Source: a virus
Strand: one strand, 5' to 3'
Virus record (IMG/VR): IMGVR_UViG_3300011114_000773
Span: 32,001 to 96,000 of that record
Length of the DNA: 64,000 nt
Part shown: in pieces, positions 38,737 to 48,742 of the stretch
Layout: every line of letters starts with the position of its first letter
How positions within the stretch are numbered: the first letter of the stretch is position 1
The notes under the pieces: generated by a model
The model's input: only the letters and a program-made list of their open reading frames with translations
Databases searched by the model: none
Told to the model about the DNA's origin: nothing
Translations under genes and position numbers: made by a program

Positions 38737-39796
38737 TTATGTGGCTATACGTCGGATTGTAAAGGATAGAACCTGCTTGTCTGACTTTAGGGGTAGGATA
38801 TGTCGCTGGGTTTGTCACAATCAGCGGCATACAGTCGTTTACTGGCTCCCTGTTCTTGTTGTCGAAATTCATGTCTTCAAGAAAGCAGCAGTTAAACATC
38901 GCTGATGAGTCTGGATATCCTTTCCAGAAGTAGTCTCTTAAGACATTCGCTCGATTTGTATAGGAGTCGAGAAGTATCGAGTCTATTTTTGCTAGTAAAG
39001 CCGGGTCAGACTGCCTCCAAAATACCTCAAAAGTTTCTTTATTGAGTCCAACAGCGAACTGCTTATTTGAGACGAAAGCGGGGACCGGGGCGACGGTTGG
39101 ATTGCCTGCGTTATTTTTAATTGCGTAGGTAGGTGCCCATTGAAGCGCAGAAGAGGACGATACTAAATTCCCATTTATTTTGAACGTCCTAGAGGCGTCA
39201 TGCGGATAGAGAGGAAGTATCGCGACGTTAGCATATTTGGACGGAGATGCAGATATTGAGGCAGCCCCGGCTGGGTCAGAACTTAAAAAGGAAGTGTTGT
39301 AGGTGTTAGTAGCTGGCACCGCTGTCGAAGACATTTGCGACGAGTCGAATTCAGAGCTAAAAAAGGAATCATAAAAAAAATGAGGAGAACTTAGCTTTTT
39401 TACTTTAATCCTCTCTCCAATAGTATATGGCCTATTAATCTGCGGTATATTATCCCAAGAATATGCTCCGGGAATTCCCTGATTCACATTGCCTAAAGTA
39501 TCGACGCGGCGCTGGTCAGCGATATTAATCTGAGGCCCAGAATCGACGCTAATCCACAAATGAGTAGGCCTTTGTACCAAATAGAACATTTGCGACCAAT
39601 GGCTTACCGTAGGCATTCTGCTGGAAGGCTCAATCATTACTATTAAAAATCGACTTAATATGTCGAAATAGAATGAGTTGGTAATGCCTACGTCCCCATA
39701 ATTGGCTACGACCCTTGCGGACCAAGTTTCTCCTTCCTTGGACAAATCTTGCGGCTTCTTAAGTCGCTGCGATATTGCTTTAATTGTATTAGCCAT
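38726..39796 (-). CDS. Hypothetical protein, end of tail operon
   Basis: Coupled ORF in the minus-strand structural operon. Confidence 0.65.
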   Translation of the reverse strand: MANTIKAISQRLKKPQDLSKEGETWSARVVANYGDVGITNSFYFDILSRFLIVMIEPSSRMPTVSHWSQMFYLVQRPTHLWISVDSGPQINIADQRRVDTLGNVNQGIPGAYSWDNIPQINRPYTIGERIKVKKLSSPHFFYDSFFSSEFDSSQMSSTAVPATNTYNTSFLSSDPAGAASISASPSKYANVAILPLYPHDASRTFKINGNLVSSSSALQWAPTYAIKNNAGNPTVAPVPAFVSNKQFAVGLNKETFEVFWRQSDPALLAKIDSILLDSYTNRANVLRDYFWKGYPDSSAMFNCCFLEDMNFDNKNREPVNDCMPLIVTNPATYPTPKVRQAGSILYNPTYSHITTT

Positions 39797-39797
39797 A

Positions 39798-41690
39798 TTA
39801 ATATTGGAAATGATAGCCGCTTACGCCGGTTATATTTAATGATATTACACCTGAGCTAATAAATATCCTATGGTATCCTGTTCCTGTGGAGTAAGTCGTT
39901 AATCCCGAGATGAATGACCCTCCAGAACCCCCAAACGTACCCACCGCAGTAATAGCAATAGACGGACTAATACTAAAAGAAGAAGGAGACAGATGCGCTG
40001 CTATTACAATTCCCCCAGCGCTCGCTGGAAGAGATACCGTCCCATAATAGCCAGTTGTTCCGCCATAATACGGAAGACTTATCGGAGTCAAATTGGCTCC
40101 CAAATGACCAGTCTGAATAGCCCAATTTCCAGTAAAAGAATATGTATTTGCTTGCTTATTAAAGGACGTAGTACCGGAGGCATTAAATCCAGAGTCCAAC
40201 GATATTCCAGCATATATATCAGATGGATTTCTCACAATTTTTAGAGAAGGTATGTAACCGATATTGCCACTATCGTATCCAGAACCAGCATTTCCAATCC
40301 ATAATCCTGTATAAGATATTCCAGTAGCGTTTGCCCCACTAATATGCTTCACGGAACTACTAGCCATAAGTTCTCCATGAAAATAACCAGCGTCTAGCTT
40401 CCTAAGCCCAGCGCCAGAGAAAGGGTTATATATGTACTGGCTTCCGCTCTCCAGCGGAACGTCAATACAACCCGCTGGCTTAAGAAGACTTATGCTTGGA
40501 TTGTAGTTATATCCAGTCCCCGGAGTGGCAACCGAAAATCCCGTAATGGTATAGAAATTTCTTGAACCATAAAGGGAGATTCTGACAGGCTTCAGTAGGG
40601 CAGAGCCAGAGCCGCTAACTCCAAGTCCATCCAAGGCTAAGAAATTAGCTGGAATCGTATTGCCGCATTGCACCGAAAATAAATTTCCAGCAGCAAAAGC
40701 CGTTCCTGTCACATGACCATAATCTAGGAACTCTGCGGTGGCAGGACGAGAGTAAAACCCCGAATTCTGCATAGAAAAACCCGTCAAGAATTTACCGGTA
40801 TAAATAACATTGTCAGATGCCCCATTGGGAGCCACCTGTAGAGAAAAGGTTTTTGACTGAGATTCGGCCTTGCTATCAATTGCTGAATATTGCAACACTT
40901 GTATAGACAAACCTGATGCCCCCGGATTATAAATAAACTGATTAGGAAGACCCGAGCCTACGAATGGATGAGATATCCCCTGAGAGTCTCCGTTAAATAT
41001 CATGTCGTAATGTTTTCCAGTCAACGATTCCTGACGATTGATTTGGACAGTCCTCTCAATTAATCCAAACGACGTATCTAGCCTAAACTTCACGTCGAGA
41101 ACTCCTCCTCTGGAACTCCCATCTATCTTTGGTAGCGAAAAATTCATTGGCGTAGATGCCAGCGTCTTTCCGGTTATGCTCTTATCAAAAGCGATAGGGC
41201 TATTATTTAAAAAAGAGTAGTCTGTAGAAAACACTCGAAGACCAGCGTCTGAGTTGTTCACTATCTGTCCAGTTATAGGTAGATTCGCCGGATAAGAACT
41301 AGCCAAAAGGACTTCTATAGACTCTCCTGTTATGCCGATGCTTAATTTTGAAGATAGTTCAACTCCGGTAGTCGATATATTAAATTGGCTAATTTGGGAT
41401 GGAATTTTATTTGACTGTCTAATCAGTTCATTATTGATAAAATATCTATATTTAAAATTATCTATGTCCCCAGAAATGGAAAATCCTTCGTTGGGGTTGT
41501 ATCCATATACTAGTTTCCCATTAGGGTCATATATTTCTCCAGACCGAAAAGTAAAGGCGAAATTTCCATCTACTCCAGAAAATCCAACAGTAGCCACGCC
41601 AGTAGTATTAGAAAGAGACAATTCGTCTAATAGGAATGACCAACCCGAAACCAGCGGCATCTGTCTAAAATTTGTACCAGAATATTTCAT
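39798..41690 (-). CDS. Putative tail/baseplate structural protein
   Basis: Beta-rich, many SG/TG dipeptides, tail-operon position. Confidence 0.6.
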   Translation of the reverse strand: MKYSGTNFRQMPLVSGWSFLLDELSLSNTTGVATVGFSGVDGNFAFTFRSGEIYDPNGKLVYGYNPNEGFSISGDIDNFKYRYFINNELIRQSNKIPSQISQFNISTTGVELSSKLSIGITGESIEVLLASSYPANLPITGQIVNNSDAGLRVFSTDYSFLNNSPIAFDKSITGKTLASTPMNFSLPKIDGSSRGGVLDVKFRLDTSFGLIERTVQINRQESLTGKHYDMIFNGDSQGISHPFVGSGLPNQFIYNPGASGLSIQVLQYSAIDSKAESQSKTFSLQVAPNGASDNVIYTGKFLTGFSMQNSGFYSRPATAEFLDYGHVTGTAFAAGNLFSVQCGNTIPANFLALDGLGVSGSGSALLKPVRISLYGSRNFYTITGFSVATPGTGYNYNPSISLLKPAGCIDVPLESGSQYIYNPFSGAGLRKLDAGYFHGELMASSSVKHISGANATGISYTGLWIGNAGSGYDSGNIGYIPSLKIVRNPSDIYAGISLDSGFNASGTTSFNKQANTYSFTGNWAIQTGHLGANLTPISLPYYGGTTGYYGTVSLPASAGGIVIAAHLSPSSFSISPSIAITAVGTFGGSGGSFISGLTTYSTGTGYHRIFISSGVISLNITGVSGYHFQY

Positions 41691-44600
41691 TTCTTGAGGC
41701 GAGATGTTATTTTATTGAGGATTGTCTCCTGCTTTGCTAGGGTTTTCGGCTTGCTTCTGAACTCTAATTGAGTTGACATTCCGGCCTCGCCCATCGCCAT
41801 AGAGAAGCTCGTTAGTCCCATTTTTGGGTCTATGATAGGAGAAATTCTAGCCGTAGGGCCAGTTATCGTCATATTTATAGACTGAGATGCGCCCGTGCTC
41901 TGATAGTTGTTAAGCCCAGAGATTACATCGTGATAAGCCTTGACAGTGATAACAGAGTTCATATTCGCTCCAGTAATCAAAGAAGTATAAACCAAAAATT
42001 GATTATCCAGACCGTTAAGGAATGGGTCAATGTCTGGATTTATTTCGTTATTTATGACTTTGACTCCAGCCGTAGGATTCCAGTCTAGGGTAGGCTCGCC
42101 ATGAATCTCTACAGTTTTTGGGTGTCTAGTCTCAGTAGAGACGGTAGTTTTCATTAATCCGTAGTAGAGCTGGCCGCTTTCGTCATAAGTTCCTCGCCCA
42201 CCGATTCCATACTGAGTGTTTATTGGATAGATGATACTAGTAGCCCTTGTCGCCATCGGATAGATAGACAAAGCTTCGATGTCTGTCAAGTCTTCTATAT
42301 AATAATCACCATTTGTATCTGTTGGCACCAATCCAGCGGAGTTTATAAATGGATTTCTGCTGATTGTTATGTCAAGCCTTCTTGAGTTATTTCCGCTGAT
42401 ATAGGATGGGTGGAACCCAACACGATAATGACCAGTAGGATTTACGTCGCAATAGTATTTGGCCAATATTCCGCTACCTTGCTGAACATCGCAAAGATTT
42501 TTGGGGTCGAACAATGCGCGGGCAGCAATTCCGCTAGAAGCTAATCCCTTTCTGCACAGTTCGTCACCGATACTAACATCACAAACACTCGGAATTTTTT
42601 CCTTACGTATTCTTTTTTGTTCTTCAATAACGTCCAGATTGTATTTTCTTAACATTTGAGGGTTATTCGTCAAATGACACGCATCGGAAAAGCCGAAGAA
42701 CCCATTTGGGTGTCCTGCATACGTATGCGTAGTAGGATAGCATGTGATAGGAACGATAAGAAACTGCATCTTCTTACACATTTGGTGCTTTTGTCCTTGG
42801 AAATCAAAATAACTTGTAGATATCTGGTCTGCCCCAAGTTGGTTATTGATAGACAGCGATTCTAGTATTGGGCGAAAATCATCAAAAAGTTCATTTACTG
42901 TGTCGCTGATACTTGGCGCAAAAAATGACATATCCCACGTTTGCTTTACGGTGGCATATAGATTCGTTAGGCTTTCATTTACGTTCGGAATATTATTATA
43001 TTGCTGGCAACGCGTATCATCGAATTCAATTTGAGAGTCGAATACCTCTTGAGTCGTCCCCCAAAGATTGTCAACTTCAGTAAAATATGAACCGGTATAT
43101 CTAACGCCTGTATATCTGTTCTCGAAAACCAAGAGGTTTTTGAATGGCGCATCTTGTATCAGCGGATATTGTTTGGCAGATGGCTCATATTCGTGCGAAT
43201 AGGTCGTCCTTTTAATTCCCTTTTCTCCATAAGATAGCCCAGCGCTCGGACTTAGGTTATAAAACAGGTCATCAACTGTGTAAGGAGTTTCGATAGTCGT
43301 CCCCTGAGTTAGAAGAGCATACTTATACATCGACTCAGAACAGCCCTTTTCCCAATCGGAAATCGCCTGTCTTTCCTCTGGATAATAGTAGCCGATAAAA
43401 ACCTCAAAGTGAGACTGGTCTAGGGTATTGCCTTGAACAGCATTTTTGCTTTTTTCAATTACTAATGATTTCAGCTCGCTATCTATGATTCTGGTAAGAG
43501 GATGGAACCCGAGCGTTTTAAAGTGAGCATCAAGATTATCTTTATATATCTGAAATGAAGGCGTCAGGTTAGAGTAAAGAGCGTCTCTATTAGCGTCTAT
43601 TGCTGCTAAAGATTGAATAATTCTTCTTCCAATAAAAATCTCTCTTAGAGTCTGGCTGTATTTAGATAGGGCTATTGATACATCTATATCATCGAAATTT
43701 CTAGCCGTCCAGTTTACAAATCTGAAATCTAACCTATCTGATACTGCGTCTGCATAAGAGAGCGGAGGTCCAGTAGGACAGTTTATAGTGGTCGTCGTAA
43801 TTGTAGCTGGCGAGCAAACCTCCCAGTTATAGACATGAGACGGCCCAAAGAAATCTACTCCATACGCATTCGTCCGAAGCGTGACTTGCCTATTGTCTAA
43901 ATTAAATTCAATTGGATGCAGCGGCCTATATCCGACGTGTCTTTGTATAGTCTTAGACTCTGATTTCGTCGTGGCTGGACGGACGTTGTACGTAATTACA
44001 GACTGCTTATAGCTATTATTTAAGGAGAACTCTTCCTTGTAGTCACTCACTGCTGAGTTTTCTGAGAAATCTAGGTATCCTCCAGTCGTAGTATTCGGGT
44101 CGAGAATTCCAGTAATCTTCAAAATATCCACTGGATTACTAATATCCATACCAATAAAACTCTTCCCAGAGGTATAAAAACTCAAAGCATAGTCGGCGCA
44201 CCAGTTCTGAAGAACTTCTCTAAGAGTGCCTATGTAATTTTGTTTGTAATATAGCGAGCGGTTAGAGTATCCAGAAGGAAAATCGCCTTTGTAGTCAATT
44301 CCTCTTATTTTAGTTGACCAAATCAGCTCTGGAAATGAGTACTTCACTTCCGGCAGTGCTCCGCAGTTCTCTTGACTAATGTCCTCTGTCCCAAGAATTA
44401 GATATCCACCGTTCAAATTGAAATTATCCGCTGGAGCAGAAAATGTAGATGGCGTGGAAAACGCTTTGCCCGACAGCCCATGCCATAAATCAAATATGTT
44501 AGCGCCCATTCCGCCGTAAGGCATTGTCGCGACGACTGGAGTAAAGTTATCCATAACTCTGCCATTCGCCCCAATATAAGACGCCGTGTCGATAAACCTA

Positions 44601-45130
44601 GATAATTCTCCAGAATGGATAAAGGAAGAACCCGTAAATTGACAATCTCCACATTTTATTGGAAGAACTCCCGTAGCACTAGCAGAATAGATTTTTTTAT
44701 TTCCTTGTCTATTAGTCAGACCGACATAGATTTTGTCCAAAATGATTGAATAATCTTTGAAAACGACAGACAGTACCTTATCTCTAGCCGGAAGAGTTTT
44801 ATCATAGGAGAATAGGACAAAACTTTCAAATTTTTTACCGTCAATCTCGATATCGAATAGGCTCTCAACGCCCGCCCGAGAAGTCAGATAGATGTCATTT
44901 TTATTAATATCAAACGTACCCGGAGTTGGAGAATAATCTGTTCCTCCATCTCCGAGATTAGCCAGCGAAACTTTTATCGTCAAGGTCGTAGGCTCATTAC
45001 TAAATCCTATAGAGCAGTCTATAGAATAAATCCAACCACCAAAGGCATATCCAGTAGGCCACGGTGTTCCAGCAGCAAATCGGTTGCCATGAGGCGTTAT
45101 CTTTATCCCATTAAGTATATGTATGGCCAT
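41687..45130 (-). CDS. Putative baseplate hub / tail tip protein
   Basis: 1147 aa; N-terminal EPTTLTIKV...GTLREVLQNWCADYALSF and C-terminal beta barrel reminiscent of hub proteins; downstream of the TMP. Confidence 0.55.
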   Translation of the reverse strand: MAIHILNGIKITPHGNRFAAGTPWPTGYAFGGWIYSIDCSIGFSNEPTTLTIKVSLANLGDGGTDYSPTPGTFDINKNDIYLTSRAGVESLFDIEIDGKKFESFVLFSYDKTLPARDKVLSVVFKDYSIILDKIYVGLTNRQGNKKIYSASATGVLPIKCGDCQFTGSSFIHSGELSRFIDTASYIGANGRVMDNFTPVVATMPYGGMGANIFDLWHGLSGKAFSTPSTFSAPADNFNLNGGYLILGTEDISQENCGALPEVKYSFPELIWSTKIRGIDYKGDFPSGYSNRSLYYKQNYIGTLREVLQNWCADYALSFYTSGKSFIGMDISNPVDILKITGILDPNTTTGGYLDFSENSAVSDYKEEFSLNNSYKQSVITYNVRPATTKSESKTIQRHVGYRPLHPIEFNLDNRQVTLRTNAYGVDFFGPSHVYNWEVCSPATITTTTINCPTGPPLSYADAVSDRLDFRFVNWTARNFDDIDVSIALSKYSQTLREIFIGRRIIQSLAAIDANRDALYSNLTPSFQIYKDNLDAHFKTLGFHPLTRIIDSELKSLVIEKSKNAVQGNTLDQSHFEVFIGYYYPEERQAISDWEKGCSESMYKYALLTQGTTIETPYTVDDLFYNLSPSAGLSYGEKGIKRTTYSHEYEPSAKQYPLIQDAPFKNLLVFENRYTGVRYTGSYFTEVDNLWGTTQEVFDSQIEFDDTRCQQYNNIPNVNESLTNLYATVKQTWDMSFFAPSISDTVNELFDDFRPILESLSINNQLGADQISTSYFDFQGQKHQMCKKMQFLIVPITCYPTTHTYAGHPNGFFGFSDACHLTNNPQMLRKYNLDVIEEQKRIRKEKIPSVCDVSIGDELCRKGLASSGIAARALFDPKNLCDVQQGSGILAKYYCDVNPTGHYRVGFHPSYISGNNSRRLDITISRNPFINSAGLVPTDTNGDYYIEDLTDIEALSIYPMATRATSIIYPINTQYGIGGRGTYDESGQLYYGLMKTTVSTETRHPKTVEIHGEPTLDWNPTAGVKVINNEINPDIDPFLNGLDNQFLVYTSLITGANMNSVITVKAYHDVISGLNNYQSTGASQSINMTITGPTARISPIIDPKMGLTSFSMAMGEAGMSTQLEFRSKPKTLAKQETILNKITSRLKK

Positions 45131-45131
45131 G

Positions 45132-47027
45132 CTAGATTATATTGTAGTAAGTCGTCTGGTTATTATAGACAATCAGCCCATTAACGGGATAACTATTTAG
45201 GCCGCTGGACGGACTACATGGATAAGTATTCTGATAACTATAGTTTTTTGCCTGTTTTACGCCGTTAATCCAGACCTCTTCAGAAAACCCTGTAATTAAA
45301 TATGACGATAACGGAGCATCATTTAAAAATATATGACGGTGGAACTCGGCAGATGAATCTCTCTCTGAAAATACTAGAAGCGGGACTATACTGTCAAATA
45401 CACCAGTAGGAGGAGAGCCATTCGGCCATCCCATAACATTTAAATTACCAGATAGAGATAAGGACGCGGTAAAATCTGGAAGAATATAGCCAGATAGTGC
45501 GACTACCGAAGAAAGTCCAGATATCACTATGGAATAATCATAGCCCTCTGCTAGCTTTTTTCCATTTAAATATAGGTCGTATCCAGACGGAATAAATCCC
45601 GAGACTCCTGTTATTAGTACTGCTTCTCCAGAAGACATGTACTGAGGTTCTGGTGGCCAATAACTTATCACGCCGCTTTCCTCCGTATCCCATGTACCGC
45701 TATTTAAAATTATCCTGCTCCGCTCCCATACTCCGCTATATTCCGTCGATATAACCCTGCCAGTAGTTAGATTATAGGCAAATACATCAGTCTGGTCATA
45801 TCCCTGAATAGCATCACCTACGATACGGACTCCGTCAATAGAGTAGTCTATGTTCTCTATATTAAGTATGCCATTTTGCCATAACAGCACTTCTGGATAA
45901 GAGGACTTATCAAGATTAAAATTATATACTGGAATATTTAACTGGCTTTGGGGACGAGTATAGGAGTAAATTTCAATCAAATATCCAGATGGTATAGGTT
46001 CTGGGAACAGGATAGTTCTTTCGGCAAAGTCTAGTCTGGCTGGATAATTGTATAAGACCTGAGAGATAGACGAGGAAGAATATCCAGTGGACACGACCGC
46101 AGACGCCGCTGAGATTTTATCTTGGCTAAATACTATACCGCTGATTCCACTTTCATAAGCGAGCGTCGTTACGCCGCCAGTAGGATGTTGAACAGTCGTC
46201 AATTGCGCCTGATATCCCGTAATTCCCGAGACGTTAGCGGTAGAAAAGACAAACGAGCTAACTCCGTAAATAGGATATGAGCCAGTAGTTTCTAGCCAGT
46301 TCAGGCCAGAGCAGGAAAGACATTCCGTAGGAGATTTATTATCCAGTAAGTCTTGAGAAAATAGCGCGAAATTATGAATAGAACCCTTAAAACCAGTAGT
46401 CAGGGAGAGCGCAGAAAATGACCCGCCGATATGCCAGATATCCGATTCTATATGCTCTTGAGTTTGAAACACGTCGTATTTATAAGATTCAAGCTCATAG
46501 TCGTAAAATCCAACCAGCATTCGCTTGTCGCTATGGGATAGAAATATTGTGTTTCTTTCTGACAGTTCATAACTTGAGGTATGTCTGCGATACGAGCCAT
46601 CCTGAGCGGGATACTGTAGAGATAAGCGATTCCCCTGATTAATAGAAAGGTCAAATCCGCTCACTCCTGTCGTATTTGTAGATAGCAGCGTCCGAGAGAG
46701 GGCAGATAGAGAACTATCGCAAAAATTATTTTCAAAGTCAACAATTGCAGTAAAAGAAGAGAAAGGGACGCCGTTAGATATTCTGACTAAGTCGTTTCCA
46801 AGAAATTTCCCGGTTGAGACTTGTGCTAGAGAAGAGCTTCCTGTCTTGACTATGATTCCGGGATATTTACTGACTAAAGGGAATCCACCAAGAACTTGTT
46901 CGCCGCTACTATAAACAGAATTGAACAGGCAATTCCCGGAACTAGCCAAGAAATCATAAAATACCCTTAAATTTCCAGTAACTAGCCCATTTCCAGATAG
47001 ACATCCTATATAATTTCCGATGTTCAC
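45132..47027 (-). CDS. Putative tail protein with LamG/concanavalin-like N-terminal domain
   Basis: VFYDF...WHIGG...FKGSIHNFALFS LamG pattern; repeated LYLNG/VWING segments. Confidence 0.6.
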   Translation of the reverse strand: MNIGNYIGCLSGNGLVTGNLRVFYDFLASSGNCLFNSVYSSGEQVLGGFPLVSKYPGIIVKTGSSSLAQVSTGKFLGNDLVRISNGVPFSSFTAIVDFENNFCDSSLSALSRTLLSTNTTGVSGFDLSINQGNRLSLQYPAQDGSYRRHTSSYELSERNTIFLSHSDKRMLVGFYDYELESYKYDVFQTQEHIESDIWHIGGSFSALSLTTGFKGSIHNFALFSQDLLDNKSPTECLSCSGLNWLETTGSYPIYGVSSFVFSTANVSGITGYQAQLTTVQHPTGGVTTLAYESGISGIVFSQDKISAASAVVSTGYSSSSISQVLYNYPARLDFAERTILFPEPIPSGYLIEIYSYTRPQSQLNIPVYNFNLDKSSYPEVLLWQNGILNIENIDYSIDGVRIVGDAIQGYDQTDVFAYNLTTGRVISTEYSGVWERSRIILNSGTWDTEESGVISYWPPEPQYMSSGEAVLITGVSGFIPSGYDLYLNGKKLAEGYDYSIVISGLSSVVALSGYILPDFTASLSLSGNLNVMGWPNGSPPTGVFDSIVPLLVFSERDSSAEFHRHIFLNDAPLSSYLITGFSEEVWINGVKQAKNYSYQNTYPCSPSSGLNSYPVNGLIVYNNQTTYYNII

Positions 47028-47029
47028 GA

Positions 47030-48742
47030 CTAAAATCCGAATTGATATCCTGCCGCACGCCGTACGTATCCATTATCCACAAATAATGCTGTTTTGCTCA
47101 ATGTAATTCCACTACAGAGGCTAGACTTTACGTAATAAGAACGGTTTACGTTAAAATTAAATACACCAGACCCTTCGGATGAGTCCGTCAAATAGAAAGA
47201 ATTGTTTGCATTGGTCCCAGATAATTCTGAGAGAACCCAGTCTTCCACCGACTTAATTCCAGTATAACTTTTAAACTGGCTGATATATATACCTTGGTCA
47301 TAAGAATTGCCTACATGCTCTACGGAAGACTCAAGCTGGAGCCTCTCTCTAGTCCTACATTGCAAATCTTGTACAATAAAATGCCCTTCTATATTGACGG
47401 CTGGAACTGCTTCAAAAAGCCATATCTCAGGCGTCACAGCAGCCTTCCACGACGCTTTACCTATCGAACTGGCATATCCAGACCCATTAGGCAATAAACG
47501 CGCTCCTAGAGACTTCCAGTGAGAATCGTCAAACTTAGAAGAGAGCTTCAAAACAAGTGGCCGACCGTTGTTTTCTATACCGAAATCTAAAGGTAACGGA
47601 TTTAGAGGATATGTAGATTTAAATGTCCTATACAGGTCCGTCCCTAAAAGAGAATTATAAGCAAACGCCACGAAATGCCCGTAGTCGGTTATTATTTGCT
47701 GTTTTACGCTATTCATTCGAGAAAGACGGTGTGACTCTGGTCCGACTATTTTAAACTCCGACTCCAATGAGTAAGTGCGGATGTCTCTAATTTCATCCCA
47801 GTCCATAGAAACTCGATGATAAAATAGTCCAGATATCATGGAGGATTCTCCAGAGATAAAGGACATTTTAGCGGAAATCGTTGACGCGGATGGATTTTCT
47901 TCGCTACTGAAGTTCGTTAAAATACAATTTCCAGTATTTATGCCATATTTTGAGAGCTTGTCATAGTAATCATAGTCTCTGGCATGAAATCGGACATGCT
48001 CGATACCACTTTGCTTGTGTGATAAGAAGTCAACGCCCAATTCGAGCGTGATATACTCAGCAGATATATCGTCGGTGATTCCGAGATTCGATACCGTAAC
48101 GTACGGCACAGAGGAGCCGGTTTCGTATTTCCATGTTTCGTTTACGCTATAGCTCGCGTCCAATCGGTTAACCGATTCAGAAACCGATACTAATACTGGA
48201 ACACCCTGACTAATAAAAATAGGCGAAACGGCCTGAACCGGATTAGAGCCGGTTAAATGAGAGACGAAGTTTATGGCATTGTCTATAGCGTCTGCGCTTG
48301 TCGTTTTTAGTCCCTTAGCACTAATTTTTCTATTTATCCCTACCGTTCCATCTTTATTATCAGAGTAAGAGTATTCGTTAGATATGTCAATCACGCCGCT
48401 GGGTACGTCGTAAGACTTAAGCGTTACGGTATAGGGAATCCCTTGATTAGTCCCCGTATAAAACGGATTAGAACTAATTGAAATAGTCTCTAAAATACAG
48501 TTATTTGCGACATAGAAACTGGCATCACCGTCACTCTCTATATTTAAAGTCCTAAACCCTGTCGCAAAAATAGCGCATATACCGCTTATTAAGGCCTGTC
48601 CAGATATTCCAGTTAAGAATCCATGCAGTTCGATATTATGCACGGCTCCCCATCTCCTACCCATATCAATAGGCTCTAAAGACCTACTGACATAAGGAGG
48701 GGGAGAAATCTCTCGGCCATCATATTTAACTACTGTTGACAT
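47030..48742 (-). CDS. Putative distal tail/baseplate protein
   Basis: Downstream of the TMP; repeated beta motifs shared with 48742-50481. Confidence 0.55.
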   Translation of the reverse strand: MSTVVKYDGREISPPPYVSRSLEPIDMGRRWGAVHNIELHGFLTGISGQALISGICAIFATGFRTLNIESDGDASFYVANNCILETISISSNPFYTGTNQGIPYTVTLKSYDVPSGVIDISNEYSYSDNKDGTVGINRKISAKGLKTTSADAIDNAINFVSHLTGSNPVQAVSPIFISQGVPVLVSVSESVNRLDASYSVNETWKYETGSSVPYVTVSNLGITDDISAEYITLELGVDFLSHKQSGIEHVRFHARDYDYYDKLSKYGINTGNCILTNFSSEENPSASTISAKMSFISGESSMISGLFYHRVSMDWDEIRDIRTYSLESEFKIVGPESHRLSRMNSVKQQIITDYGHFVAFAYNSLLGTDLYRTFKSTYPLNPLPLDFGIENNGRPLVLKLSSKFDDSHWKSLGARLLPNGSGYASSIGKASWKAAVTPEIWLFEAVPAVNIEGHFIVQDLQCRTRERLQLESSVEHVGNSYDQGIYISQFKSYTGIKSVEDWVLSELSGTNANNSFYLTDSSEGSGVFNFNVNRSYYVKSSLCSGITLSKTALFVDNGYVRRAAGYQFGF